Shown piece after piece: positions 20,198 through 30,956 of a stretch of 64,000 bases of DNA. The DNA lies in assembly GCA_038046765.1 (NCBI GenBank), contig JBBSVN010000002.1:32001-96000 (forward strand). The letters run 5' to 3'. The translations under genes were made by a program, and so were the position numbers. Source of the stretch: Candidatus Micrarchaeota archaeon. GTDB taxonomy: Archaea > Micrarchaeota > Micrarchaeia > Anstonellales > Bilamarchaeaceae. Numbering within the stretch: position 1 is the first letter of the stretch; each line of letters opens with the position of its first letter. The notes under the pieces are model-generated. The model did no database searches, was not told the DNA's origin, and was given only the letters and a program-made list of their open reading frames with translations.

Positions 20198-21754
20198 TTG
20201 TTCGCTATTCTATATAATAAGAAAACATTTATAAACAATATTCTATTGGTGTTTTATTTGTCGGGTTTTAAAAATTTCATAGAAAAACTTTCTGATAGAA
20301 GAATTATTATCATATTAGTTCTTCTTGCAATTATTACTAGATTACCTATCATAAGTTACTTTCCATTTCTGGTTGATGAAGCTACTTATAGCATAATGAT
20401 AAGTGAACAACTAGAAAAACCATCTCTAATCCCTAATTTTTTGGGGTATCCCACTTTTTGGAAACCAATTCTCTTTTACTGGGTTTATGCATTTTTTGTT
20501 GGTTTCCTAAAAAATTTTCCAATACCTATTGAAGCAGTTTATCGATTACCCACTGAATTATTTGGTTTAGCAAATATTATTATTCTATATATGTTTCTAC
20601 GAAATAATAAATTTAATAAAACATTTGCATTTTTGATGTTGTTAATTTATACATTAATTTTCCTTAATGTTTATGTTTCCAACACTCTTTTTGTCGATAC
20701 GATGCTTAATACATTCATTCTAGGTTCCTTATATTTTTACACAAAAGAAAATCCAAACAATAAAGACTATTTTTTAGCATTTGCTCTTTCTTTTGGTGCA
20801 TACTATGTAAAATTAATTACTGCATTTATCATCCCAGTTCTAGTAATTGGGTACTATTATTTCAAGGATAAGAAAATACTTACAAAAAAAGTATTTATTT
20901 TGTCTCTTCTAGCAGTTCCACTTGCCATGGTTTTACAGTATTTTATCTACGCTCAATTACTTACAACTCCAGTACTAGGTGATAGCTATTCCAAAGAGCT
21001 TTTTGATCGTTTAAATCCAGAAACGATATTATCTAAAATAAATGAAACATGGCGTATTTTCCAGTATATAAATATGTTCTTAATATTCGCAGTTGCAGGA
21101 TTCCTTAAATATTCCAAAGAAAACAAATTTATGTCTATCTGGTTTGTTATCTTTTTTTTAACCATATTAACTAATGTTGGCTATTTTTGGTATTATGTTA
21201 CCGTGTTACCACCTATAGCTTATTTTGCATTAATGTTCCTTTGCGAAGGAAAAAAAGAAAATTATGATCGTTTCTTTCAGCTAATGCTTATCGTTGCAAT
21301 TATTTTTAACCTAGTCGTTGGCTTTTTTGCTTCCAATGGTATTTACGAATACTACAATCCAGCACGTGTAGCTGGTCAAATGATTGTTGGAAAAAACAAT
21401 GTCGAAATCATTGGTTTACCCGCACTAACTACTGTTGCTTATAAGGTAATTGAAGAAAAAAGAATAGGGAATGCAACTGATTTTGGGTGGATTCTTTTTA
21501 CTGATTTAAATGTATCTTCTGATCAGGTAAATAATTTCATTAATAATTACGATTATAGCTCAAATAGTTTAAATATTTCCGATGGTTCCTTTTCAAGAAT
21601 GTACTGGGACTATAAAATATTTAGAAAAACAACATCTGTTAAGAAATTTGACTATTTAGTTTTACCTGGTTTTTCAGAGTACTACGAAAATATATCTATA
21701 AATGGTACAATTTTATACCAATATAAATATGCAACTGTTATAAAGATCAATTAA
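20198..21754 (+). CDS. GT-C fold glycosyltransferase (PMT/ArnT-like)
   Basis: DEATY and KPILFYW motifs; about 11 TM helices plus an extracellular C-terminal domain. Confidence 0.85.
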   Translation: MFAILYNKKTFINNILLVFYLSGFKNFIEKLSDRRIIIILVLLAIITRLPIISYFPFLVDEATYSIMISEQLEKPSLIPNFLGYPTFWKPILFYWVYAFFVGFLKNFPIPIEAVYRLPTELFGLANIIILYMFLRNNKFNKTFAFLMLLIYTLIFLNVYVSNTLFVDTMLNTFILGSLYFYTKENPNNKDYFLAFALSFGAYYVKLITAFIIPVLVIGYYYFKDKKILTKKVFILSLLAVPLAMVLQYFIYAQLLTTPVLGDSYSKELFDRLNPETILSKINETWRIFQYINMFLIFAVAGFLKYSKENKFMSIWFVIFFLTILTNVGYFWYYVTVLPPIAYFALMFLCEGKKENYDRFFQLMLIVAIIFNLVVGFFASNGIYEYYNPARVAGQMIVGKNNVEIIGLPALTTVAYKVIEEKRIGNATDFGWILFTDLNVSSDQVNNFINNYDYSSNSLNISDGSFSRMYWDYKIFRKTTSVKKFDYLVLPGFSEYYENISINGTILYQYKYATVIKIN

Positions 21755-21762
21755 TTTTTATT

Positions 21763-23202
21763 GTGAATATTATGAACCTTCAAAACAAACAAATTCTTCT
21801 CTTCGTCTTCCTAGCAGGATTTTGCAGTATGCTTGTTGAAATAGCTGGAGCAAGGTTAATTTCATCTTATCTGGGGAATACAATCTATACCTGGGCGGCA
21901 ACGATTGCATTAGTTTTAACTGCTCTTAGTATTGGTTATTACTGGGGCGGAAGTTACGCTGATCGATCAAAAGATCAAAAGAACTTCGCCCAGCTTTTCT
22001 TCTTTGCTTGCATTGCAACTCTTCTAGTTCCAGCTTTAGGAAATATACTTATTCCTGTAACTGTTTTCTTACCTCTTATGATTGCGAGCATAATCGCCGC
22101 ATTAGTGTTGATTCCAGCGGGTGTTTGCTTTGGTGCAATTCCACCTTATGCAATAAAACTATTATCAGAAAAAGATAAAGAAGGCGAGATTGCAGGAGAG
22201 ATATTTGCAGTCTCAACAGTTGGAAGTATAACCGGGGCGCTTGGGACGGGGTTTATCTTAATTCCTAATTTGAATCTTACGCACGTTTTCATACTCGGCT
22301 CGCTTTTAATGCTTGGGGTGTTCGCCTTTTTTGGAAAAATTAAACGACCGCATATTTTCAATATATTTCTGGTTTCTGCAATGTTGTTATTTTCTCAATT
22401 TTCAGTTGGAGCCTTTTTCCCAAATGCTAAGATACTGTACGAAAAAGATGATTTGTATTACAATATAAAAGTCGTGCAGATGGATTATAAGGGTCAACCA
22501 ATAAAAGTTCTTTTTTTAGATAGTGCGGCATCTTCTGGCGAAACCCTGGATGGTAAACCTGCCTTTGAATATGTAAAATCAGGTGAAATAGCCTATCAGT
22601 TAGTTGATGCAAAATCTGCGCTTCTTTTAGGTGTAGCTGGGGGGACACAAGTCGAACAGATAAAAAGTTATTATCCTAAAGCATCTGTTGATGGAGTTGA
22701 CATTGATCCAAATCTTGCAGAAATCGCCCAAAGGTATTTCTCATTGAAACTTGATAATCGAACAAACATAAGTACTAATGATGCAAGAATATTTGTTCAA
22801 ACTACAAATAAAAAATATGATTTAATTATTATGGACACTTTTAGAGGGGTAAGTATGCCACCTCATTTGGTAACTAATGAATATTTCTCTAGCCTAAAAA
22901 AACGTATTAATCCAAATGGCGTTCTTTTACTTAATGTCATCTCAGCAATAGAAGGAGATAAATCAAACAGGATTAACTATATGTATAACACAATTTCAAA
23001 TAATTTTGAAAATGTCATTCTACTTCCACTAGATGAAAATCAAAACAAATCAAATTCACAGAATATACTTGTTATCGCAAGTGATGCTGACATTCGCTCT
23101 TTTAAGCAAAAATACAAAGACAGAATATACTCTGGTTCAATTCCAAAAACAGAACTTTTAACTGATGAGAAAAATCCTTCAGAACTGTTTGTCTGGAGAT
23201 AG
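21763..23202 (+). CDS. Fused membrane domain / spermidine synthase-like SAM methyltransferase
   Basis: TM N-half (LGNTIYTW); LLLGVAGG, VDIDP, DARIFV, YDLIIMD. Confidence 0.88.
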   Translation: MNIMNLQNKQILLFVFLAGFCSMLVEIAGARLISSYLGNTIYTWAATIALVLTALSIGYYWGGSYADRSKDQKNFAQLFFFACIATLLVPALGNILIPVTVFLPLMIASIIAALVLIPAGVCFGAIPPYAIKLLSEKDKEGEIAGEIFAVSTVGSITGALGTGFILIPNLNLTHVFILGSLLMLGVFAFFGKIKRPHIFNIFLVSAMLLFSQFSVGAFFPNAKILYEKDDLYYNIKVVQMDYKGQPIKVLFLDSAASSGETLDGKPAFEYVKSGEIAYQLVDAKSALLLGVAGGTQVEQIKSYYPKASVDGVDIDPNLAEIAQRYFSLKLDNRTNISTNDARIFVQTTNKKYDLIIMDTFRGVSMPPHLVTNEYFSSLKKRINPNGVLLLNVISAIEGDKSNRINYMYNTISNNFENVILLPLDENQNKSNSQNILVIASDADIRSFKQKYKDRIYSGSIPKTELLTDEKNPSELFVWR

Positions 23203-23232
23203 GTTTAAAATAAGTTAAGGAATAAGTAATCT

Positions 23233-23454
23233 ATGACGAAAACAGAAAAACAATTTAATGTAATTATTGAAGAAGGAGAAGATGGGTATTTGCTATCTGA
23301 AGTGCTAGAGTTGCCTGGATGTCATACACAGGCTAAAACTTTAGATGAATTGATGCAAAGGACAAAAGAAGCCATAGAATTGTGTTTAGAAGCAAATGAA
23401 GAATTAGTAAAAGAACGATTTGTAGGATTGCAAAAAATAATGGTTTCTGTATGA
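23233..23454 (+). CDS. hicB: HicB antitoxin
   Basis: LPGCHTQAKTLDELMQRTKEAIEL. Confidence 0.92.
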   Translation: MTKTEKQFNVIIEEGEDGYLLSEVLELPGCHTQAKTLDELMQRTKEAIELCLEANEELVKERFVGLQKIMVSV

Positions 23455-23678
23455 GTAAATTACCTCTTTTGTCAGCTAGAGAAATAATTCGAATTCTTGA
23501 AAAATTAGGTTTTGAATTTATGCGTCAAAAAGGAAGTCACATGTTTTTTAGGTACGCAGATGGTAGAACTACAACTATCCCAAACCATCCTGGTGAAGAT
23601 ATAGATCGTGGGCTTCTTAATAAAATAATTCGAAAGGATCTTGGAATTTCAAGAGAAGAATTTATGGAATTATTATAA
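23451..23678 (+). CDS. hicA: HicA toxin
   Basis: LGFEFMRQKGSH, TTIPNH; 4-bp overlap with hicB. Confidence 0.92.
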   Translation: MSKLPLLSAREIIRILEKLGFEFMRQKGSHMFFRYADGRTTTIPNHPGEDIDRGLLNKIIRKDLGISREEFMELL

Positions 23679-23699
23679 TTACCTATCTTTGTGTTTTAT

Positions 23700-24464
23700 A
23701 TGCTACTCAAACTTCACATAAACAAATCCGTTCACGATAATGCTTCACTATACTATCAAGAGGCAAAGGAAACTAAAAAAAGAATCGAAGGAGTACACGC
23801 TGCAATTGAAGAAACAAAAAAAGAGATGCTTAAAAGCGAAAAAGAGTTTATTGCTAAAAAGAAAATTATAAAAGTTAAAAAAGAAAAAAAATGGTTTGAA
23901 AAGTTTCATTACTTTTACACAGAATCTGGCAAACTTGCTGTTGGCGGAAGAAACGCACAACAAAACGATATTGTCTATAATAAATACTTTGAAGAAGCCG
24001 ATTTATTTTTTCATTCAGATATACAAGGTGGAACTGCAATTGTTCTTAAGGATGGGTTAAATGCTAGTGAGGATGAACAAAAGGAAGTAGCTCAATTTGC
24101 AGCAAGCTTTAGCAATGCATGGAAAAATGCCAATGCATCTGTAGATGTTTATTCTGTTAAAAAAGAACAAGTATCTAAGCATTCTCCTGGTGGTTTTATT
24201 CCAACTGGTGCCTTTGCTATAATTGGGGAAAGAAAGTGGTTTAAAAGTACTAAACTGGGGCTTAAAATCGGGTTAGATTCTGGTGTTCCCGTAATTCTTC
24301 CTGAAGTTTCTATTAAACAAATAACTAGTGCGATACTTCTAGTTCCATCCAAAGCAGGCAAGGAAAAGGGAGAACTAACAAAAACAATTGCTAAACGATT
24401 TGCTGTTCACGCGGATTCTGTAATGGAAATACTTCCAAATGGAAGGACTAAGATTGTGCAGTAA
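23700..24464 (+). CDS. NFACT-R (Rqc2/RqcH C-terminal) domain protein
   Basis: NASLYY, WFEKF, GGRNAQQND, FFHSDIQG, GAFAIIGER. Confidence 0.88.
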   Translation: MLLKLHINKSVHDNASLYYQEAKETKKRIEGVHAAIEETKKEMLKSEKEFIAKKKIIKVKKEKKWFEKFHYFYTESGKLAVGGRNAQQNDIVYNKYFEEADLFFHSDIQGGTAIVLKDGLNASEDEQKEVAQFAASFSNAWKNANASVDVYSVKKEQVSKHSPGGFIPTGAFAIIGERKWFKSTKLGLKIGLDSGVPVILPEVSIKQITSAILLVPSKAGKEKGELTKTIAKRFAVHADSVMEILPNGRTKIVQ

Positions 24465-24479
24465 TCATTCTGATTTTAT

Positions 24480-24530
24480 ATAGGAACTAAGTAGGAACAA
24501 AAAATCAGTTCCTATGTTGTTCCTATGTTG
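24480..24530. terminator. Inverted repeat between convergent genes (TAGGAAC x2 / GTTCCTA x2)
   Basis: Tandem TAGGAAC copies face tandem GTTCCTATGTT copies between the NFACT and valS stops. Confidence 0.45.
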
Positions 24531-24531
24531 T

Positions 24532-26919
24532 CTAAAATTCAACCTTAAATTCTCCTTTACTAGTTTCGACATTTTCAACTTTAGTAATTGACTTTAATTC
24601 TCCTATTAGTTCGTTTGAAAATTCTTTTTCAGTAGTTATAGTGCACTTTGGTATTGCCTGGTTTTGGGCAACTCGCGTGCTAGCTTTGTATCTTCTTATT
24701 TCCCCAATAACTTTATTGAACTCTTCAATTAGTTCAATTACTTGTTTGTTTATCTGTCCTGATTTTGGCCAGCTAGATCTATGAATTGTTTTATTAGATC
24801 TTGCATCATGTTCAAAAATCTGTTGATAAATCTCCTCGCTAATGTGCGGTGCAATTGGTGCAATTAATTTAATTGAGTTAAATAATATATAACAAAGAAC
24901 TTCCTGTGCTTCTGTCTTTAATTTCTCATCAGTTCCATAAATTCTGTGTTTTACATATTCAAGGTAATTATCACAAAAATCCTTCCAAAAGAAATTGTGG
25001 AACTTGTTTAATGCATAATGATACTCGAAACTTTCAAAGTGCTTTGTTGATTCTTCTATTAACTGGTTTAGCCTTGAAACAATCCAAATATCAAGTGGAT
25101 TTTTAGAAGAAATCTCACTAACTTCTCGTTTTCCTTTATAATCTGCAATCGATATTTCAACAAACTTCGCAGCGTTCCAAAGTTTATTCATAAAAGATTT
25201 TGAAAATTTTATATCTTCATAACTAAATGGTCTGTCTTTTGCCATTGCCCCTGAAAGTGCTGCCCATTGCCTAATCGCATCAGTTGGGTACTCTTTTAGA
25301 AGTTCGGCTGGAGCGATTATGTTGCCCAAACTTTTACTCATTTTTTTACCATCGGGTGCTAAAACATTGCCATTAAGCAAAATCTCTTTCCAGGGAGCTT
25401 TGCCAGTTAATCCGACTCCGCTTCGATAAATCGTATAAAACGCCCAAGTTCGGACAATTTCAACGCCTTGTGGTCTAAGTGAGATTGGGTAAAGTTTAGC
25501 GTGCATTTCCAAATTATCTGGCCAGCCTGAAATTATTAATGGAGTAATACTAGAATCTACCCAGCAGTCACATGTACTCGTTTCTGCCTTCATAACTGTG
25601 CCGCATTTGCATTTTTTTTCTTTTGCGTTTTCGGCATAATATGGAAGCTCGCTTAAATCTGCGGGCGTAGTAGAATCGCATTTTTCACAGTAGTAAAACG
25701 GAAGCGGAGTACCAAAAATTCTTTGTCTTGAGATAACCCAGTCCCAGTCCGCATTATCGACCCAATCAGTTAAATATGTTATTCCAAAATCAGGAATCCA
25801 TTTAACACCGTTTGCGAATTTTTTTATTTGGCTCGCACTTTCTTTTATGTTTGCAAACCATTGTTTGGAATTTAATAATTCGATTGGTGTGCCGCATCGA
25901 TCATGAACTTTAACTGTCTGTGTTAAGGGCTCTTGCTTAATTAAAAGTTCTTTTTCTTTTAAAAGTTCGATTACTTTCTTTCTTGCTTCTTCACATTTTA
26001 ACCCATCATAAATATTCGAATTGATTATTTTTCCGATGCTGCTTACTGCCTGCGTTAATTTTAATTTGTGTCTAAAGCACCAGACAACATCTGCCTTATC
26101 TCCGTAAGAACTAACCATTGCCATTCCAGTACCAAATGTTGCATCAACATCTTTATCTGCAATTATTGGAATTTCCTGATTGGTTACTGGTACTATCGCA
26201 ATGCCTCCAATAAGTTGTTTATTTTTCTCATCTGTCGGGTTTACGATTAAAGCATTTACTGCGTGAAATAATTCCGGACGAGTAGTTGCAATGGGTATTT
26301 CTTTACCTGTTTTTTTATCCTTGAATTTAACATAATTTAAACTTGTATTTCTGCTTAAATCATCGAGTTCTGCCTTAGCTATTGCTGAATTGCATTTAGT
26401 ACAAAAATAAACTGGGTACTCGCTTCGATAAACCATTTTTTTATTATACATTTCTATTAGTGAAAGTTGGACTTTTCTATGGTATTCTTTGTCCATTGTT
26501 CGATATTCATAAGTCCAGTCTGGCGAAAAACCCATTTCATTCATCTGGGTTTTCATCCTTGCAATCATTTCAACTGTCCATTCGATGCATTTTTGTCTAA
26601 ACTCTGTTGGTGGCAGTCTTCCATATTTTTTTTCAACTTTGACTTCGGTCGGAAATCCTTGGGTATCCCAGCCTTGGGGGTAAAAGACATTAAATCCTTT
26701 CATTCGTTTAAAACGTGCAATAAAATCAAAATAACTGTAGCTTAAAACATGGCCCATGTGAAGCTCTCCACTTGTAAATGGAGGAGGGGTATCGATTGAA
26801 TATATCTGTTTTGGGTCTAGCGTTTTGAGTTTTGCTTCATCAAACGCATAAATTTTATGTTCCGCCCAATATTCCTGCCATTTTTTCTCTGTTTCATGAG
26901 TAAAATTTTTATCAAGCAT
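24532..26919 (-). CDS. valS: Valine--tRNA ligase
   Basis: DTPPP..LHMGH, DWVISRQR, KMSKSLGN. Confidence 0.97.
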   Translation of the reverse strand: MLDKNFTHETEKKWQEYWAEHKIYAFDEAKLKTLDPKQIYSIDTPPPFTSGELHMGHVLSYSYFDFIARFKRMKGFNVFYPQGWDTQGFPTEVKVEKKYGRLPPTEFRQKCIEWTVEMIARMKTQMNEMGFSPDWTYEYRTMDKEYHRKVQLSLIEMYNKKMVYRSEYPVYFCTKCNSAIAKAELDDLSRNTSLNYVKFKDKKTGKEIPIATTRPELFHAVNALIVNPTDEKNKQLIGGIAIVPVTNQEIPIIADKDVDATFGTGMAMVSSYGDKADVVWCFRHKLKLTQAVSSIGKIINSNIYDGLKCEEARKKVIELLKEKELLIKQEPLTQTVKVHDRCGTPIELLNSKQWFANIKESASQIKKFANGVKWIPDFGITYLTDWVDNADWDWVISRQRIFGTPLPFYYCEKCDSTTPADLSELPYYAENAKEKKCKCGTVMKAETSTCDCWVDSSITPLIISGWPDNLEMHAKLYPISLRPQGVEIVRTWAFYTIYRSGVGLTGKAPWKEILLNGNVLAPDGKKMSKSLGNIIAPAELLKEYPTDAIRQWAALSGAMAKDRPFSYEDIKFSKSFMNKLWNAAKFVEISIADYKGKREVSEISSKNPLDIWIVSRLNQLIEESTKHFESFEYHYALNKFHNFFWKDFCDNYLEYVKHRIYGTDEKLKTEAQEVLCYILFNSIKLIAPIAPHISEEIYQQIFEHDARSNKTIHRSSWPKSGQINKQVIELIEEFNKVIGEIRRYKASTRVAQNQAIPKCTITTEKEFSNELIGELKSITKVENVETSKGEFKVEF

Positions 26920-27014
26920 AGTAATCACACATCAAATTAATACAAATTATCTGTTAGTTTAATACAAACTATTTACTGCAAATAATTTAAATCACGAACG
27001 GTCTAATAAAACTC

Positions 27015-27791
27015 ATGGAAATTATTTTTCTTGGTACTGGTGGGGGGCGGGTAAACCTTTTGAAGCAAATTCGATTAACTGGGGGTTTTAGGATAAATTC
27101 AAAATCTGCAAATATCCATGTTGACCCGGGTCCTGGTGCTCTAATTAATAGCATAAACGCAAACCAAAATCTTTTTGATTTAGATGTAGTTATTGTGAGT
27201 CATACTCATATTGATCATTCAAATGACGCAGGTCTTCTAATTGAAGCAATGAGCGATCATGCATTAAAAAATGGAGGAATACTTATTGCAAGTGATAACA
27301 GCTTAGGTACAACTACATCTGATCACGTAATATCTAAATTTCATCAAAAACTCGTTCTTGAAAATTATACTGCTAAATGGGGCGACAAAAAAACATTTAA
27401 AACAAAAAAGACAAATCGTTCTTTTGAAATTGAAATATTAAAAACTGATCATGGCGATTCTAGTGGATTTGGGTTTAAACTTTTTGTCGATGGAAAAATA
27501 ATTGGCTATACAAGCGATACTGGGCTCTTTGAAAATATGGGGAGTTTATACCAAGGTTGCGATGTTCTAGTTCTAAACTGTTTAAAATTAAAACCGGACA
27601 ATTTCAATAAGCATTTGTCAGTTGATGATTCAATCCAGTTGTTAAAAGTTGTAAAACCAAAACTCGCAATACTAAATCATATTGGAACGCACATAATCGA
27701 AGCTGGTCCGGAACTTATTGCAAAACGGATTGAAAAGGAAACTGGGGTTAAAACTGTTGCTGCGAAAGATTTTCAGATATTTCGCTTATAA
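27015..27791 (+). CDS. Metallo-beta-lactamase fold hydrolase
   Basis: FLGTGGG, DPGPG, SHTHIDH, YTSDT. Confidence 0.9.
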   Translation: MEIIFLGTGGGRVNLLKQIRLTGGFRINSKSANIHVDPGPGALINSINANQNLFDLDVVIVSHTHIDHSNDAGLLIEAMSDHALKNGGILIASDNSLGTTTSDHVISKFHQKLVLENYTAKWGDKKTFKTKKTNRSFEIEILKTDHGDSSGFGFKLFVDGKIIGYTSDTGLFENMGSLYQGCDVLVLNCLKLKPDNFNKHLSVDDSIQLLKVVKPKLAILNHIGTHIIEAGPELIAKRIEKETGVKTVAAKDFQIFRL

Positions 27792-28299
27792 AAATCTAGC
27801 CTTAAGATATGGAGAAAAATAGTTCCCGTATTTTTTCTGCAAATCCTTCCTCATCCAGTCATCTGCTTTTATTATTTTTCTGCAGTTTTCGCTCTTACAA
27901 TTACATTTTAAGTCTTCCATGCTTGATTCACAAAATGCGTAGTCTAAAGTCAACTCTTCTCCCTTTTGTATATCTCTTATTGCAACTAAACGAAGCGATC
28001 CATTAAATCCGCAATTAGGCTCGCAAGAGTGATTGAAAGATGCTGTTTGTTTTATTTCTTCTTTTGAAGTTGGGACAATAAAAAATTCATCATCGTACTG
28101 TATTCCAATGTGGTACATTTTTTTCCAATAATCTTTTATTTGTGATTTATGTACTATACTTCCTCCAAAAACGCAAATAGTTTCATTTTTTTTTTATATT
28201 ATCTGTTGCAATCGCACCAAGACCTTGGATTTTTGAATCGATCGACCTTACTTTCGCGCTTATCCATCTATGAGGTATCGAAGAATGTAAATCTTGCAT
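27786..28299 (-). pseudogene. SET-domain methyltransferase with post-SET, frameshifted in an A10 tract
   Basis: Upstream frame gives SKIQGLGAIATDNIKK; removing one A from 28186-28195 joins it to NHSCEPN/ELTLDY/CNCKSENCR (170 aa). Confidence 0.85.
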
Positions 28300-28520
28300 T
28301 ATTTTCTTACTCAACTTAAATTTTTAATGTTTCCTCATAATTTGCTATCATTTTTCCTAAATTCATGAATTGCCGGCAACACCAAGAGAGAATCATTTGT
28401 GTGTTGCCCTACTTGTTTGCAATTTGAAGAGCCGCTTTTTTCTTTGTAATAAGTTGATACTTAGCCTAGACTTAGCTTTTTAAATAACATACTCGTTAAT
28501 CTAAGAAAGGAGGATCAGTT

Positions 28521-29330
28521 ATGAATCAACAAAAAATGTTTATGTACGGAACAGTCGCAACTGCGTTACTAGGATTTATTATAATTATCACTAGTGGCGG
28601 AGCTGGTTTACTTGGTTTAATAGGTGGTCTTTTTGCCGCGATAGGTGCTGTTTTTGCAGTTCTTGTAATAAAATATGGATACTTAATCATCCCGTTAATA
28701 ACTCAAAGAACAAAAACAGTTATCTTAACTGATACGGGATATGAAATACCCTCTTCTCAAGATGTTATTGTAAAGAATGTTAACGGTGTTTACTACGCAT
28801 CCAGTTTCCTGGTAGTTAAAGTATATGAATCAACTACTGAAAAAACTACTGAAGAAACTCTGGCCTACAACGAATTTTTTGAAAGAGCAATTTCAAATAT
28901 GAAATACGTTACAAAAATTTCATTACTTTTATATGTTGAAGAAATTGGAGAGCGAAGAAAACTTTTGGAAGCAAAACGCGCTGAAGCACAATTAAGGTTA
29001 GCAAGAGAACGGGAAAAAGCAGAAGCTGATGTTCTTAAAGTAGATAAGTTGGAGCGTGAAGTAGCTTTTAGAAATGCACAACTTAACGAAATAATTAAAG
29101 GAGTAAAACCGATGGGTTTAGTTGCCTATGCAATGACAACTGCTGCTGAATTAAGTAAAGATGCTGCGATTGCAACAGTCAAATCCAGGGTCAATGAACT
29201 TAAATCGGTTCTTGCGAACTCGCTTAATGTTGAAGTAGATATCGTAACTGGAGATCAGATGATGAAATGCTTCGAATGGGAAACATTCCTTCCAACAAGT
29301 CCACAGGAGCTTGAAGAAGCAGTCAGTTAA
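28521..29330 (+). CDS. Membrane protein (2 N-terminal TM) with coiled-coil cytoplasmic domain, VirB3/VirB4-N-like
   Basis: Gly-rich TM hairpin; first gene of the ATPase operon; AGGAGG SD. Confidence 0.55.
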   Translation: MNQQKMFMYGTVATALLGFIIIITSGGAGLLGLIGGLFAAIGAVFAVLVIKYGYLIIPLITQRTKTVILTDTGYEIPSSQDVIVKNVNGVYYASSFLVVKVYESTTEKTTEETLAYNEFFERAISNMKYVTKISLLLYVEEIGERRKLLEAKRAEAQLRLAREREKAEADVLKVDKLEREVAFRNAQLNEIIKGVKPMGLVAYAMTTAAELSKDAAIATVKSRVNELKSVLANSLNVEVDIVTGDQMMKCFEWETFLPTSPQELEEAVS

Positions 29331-29364
29331 TGTTAAATGGTTCAAAATTCAAAACGGGATAAAA

Positions 29365-30942
29365 ATGGTATTACCTCTAAAACTAAGTCGAATTTCAAAT
29401 AAAGAATTAGCTAAACGTAATCCGTTTATCTACCCGCCAGAGCCGCCCTTAGATGTAACTATGGGTGACCCCACCGATTCTATTTTTATCGGAAGAACTC
29501 AAATATTTAAGGCACCTTTTTACTGGTCATTTGAGAATGTCGCAAATCCGCACATTGCAGTTGTAGGAATCAGTGGATCTGGTAAAAGTTATTTTATTAA
29601 AACATTTCTTATTCGTGCGTCTTATGTGTGGAATTCAAATGCATTAATCATTGACTGGGCAGGAGAATACCGTGATTGGGTAAAAGAAACAGGAGGAAAA
29701 ATCATTTCACTTGGTAAAGGATCATACTTAAATTTACTCGATTTAGGTGGCATGGCGCCATACGACCGGATAAAACAAATTGTGCGTACATTAGAACTCT
29801 TAACTGATATAAAAAATTATCCCGAACAGCGAAGACTGACCGAGCAAGCAATCGAAAAAGCATATTTGGAAAATAAATTTAAACTAGATGTTGCTGAACA
29901 AAAAGATGAATTAGGAAAAACCAGGGCACCACCAACACTAAAAGATGTTGTAAAAATTCTGGAAGAACAAGCAAAACTTGGTTCATACGAATTTCCTGCG
30001 GAATTAGAAAATGCAATCTATCGATTAAAGCAATTTACAAAAAGCGGTCAGGATTATTTTGCACAGCAAAGTACTGTTAAACTTGATGACATTATAGATA
30101 GTGGTATGGTTGATCTTGATGTTTCGGGTTTACCAAGCGAGGAATTTCGTGCTTTAGCTGCTCTTACGATTCTACAATTTGTAAAAGAAAAAATGCGTGC
30201 AACAGGTTGGGCAAAAACTAAAGGTCTAAGACTTATTGTTGTTTTAGACGAAGCGTGGAAAATTGCAAAAGAAGATAACAGCGATGCAGTTATGATTGTC
30301 CGTGAAGGTAGAAAATACAACTTTGGGATAATTGTAGCAAGCCAGAACCCAACAGATATAAGTGAAGCAATATTTAGCAACGTTGGAACAACCTTTATTC
30401 TTAAGGTAAAATTTGAACGGTTTTTAGATTACTTGCAAGGTAGTCTTAACTTTAGTAACTACATGAGAAATGAAATCCAAAGGTTTGGGGTAGGTCAGGC
30501 TGCAGTAAACATGGCATTAACAACTCCGACTCCATACCCATCGACATTCATAGTTGAAAAAATCAAAGGCGAAGAACCAGTTAAGGAATATTTCCTTGAC
30601 CTATCGAGCGTTCTTACGCAAAAGCAACTGAGGGAGGTTTCTGTGTCACGAAGTATATCCTTTATAAAAGAAGATTTGAGAAAGAAACTAAGGCAGTATG
30701 GTGTTAGTGAGGAAAAAGTTGAAGAAACTACAAAACTTTTAGAAAAAAGCAACCGACACATAGATGTAGTTACATTTGTTATCCTTCTTGAGCGATATGG
30801 TCTAGCAAGAAGAAACATAACCGAGTTCCTTAAAGAAGCAGGTATTGACGATATTACGATTATTAATATATTTGGTAAGGTTGACTTAAAGAAAACCGAA
30901 TTTGGAGGTAAGGAAATAACTCAGGTTGTACTTGAAGATTAA
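29365..30942 (+). CDS. VirB4/HerA/TraG-like P-loop ATPase
   Basis: NPHIAVVGISGSGKS, IIDWAGEY, VVLDEAW, REGRKY..IVASQ. Confidence 0.88.
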   Translation: MVLPLKLSRISNKELAKRNPFIYPPEPPLDVTMGDPTDSIFIGRTQIFKAPFYWSFENVANPHIAVVGISGSGKSYFIKTFLIRASYVWNSNALIIDWAGEYRDWVKETGGKIISLGKGSYLNLLDLGGMAPYDRIKQIVRTLELLTDIKNYPEQRRLTEQAIEKAYLENKFKLDVAEQKDELGKTRAPPTLKDVVKILEEQAKLGSYEFPAELENAIYRLKQFTKSGQDYFAQQSTVKLDDIIDSGMVDLDVSGLPSEEFRALAALTILQFVKEKMRATGWAKTKGLRLIVVLDEAWKIAKEDNSDAVMIVREGRKYNFGIIVASQNPTDISEAIFSNVGTTFILKVKFERFLDYLQGSLNFSNYMRNEIQRFGVGQAAVNMALTTPTPYPSTFIVEKIKGEEPVKEYFLDLSSVLTQKQLREVSVSRSISFIKEDLRKKLRQYGVSEEKVEETTKLLEKSNRHIDVVTFVILLERYGLARRNITEFLKEAGIDDITIINIFGKVDLKKTEFGGKEITQVVLED

Positions 30943-30956
30943 TCTTTTAAATAAAT

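Noticed and set aside
29365..30942. Conjugative element, or HerA-NurA repair operon
   Set aside because: No relaxase, integrase, att sites, nurA, mre11 or rad50 in the neighbourhood.
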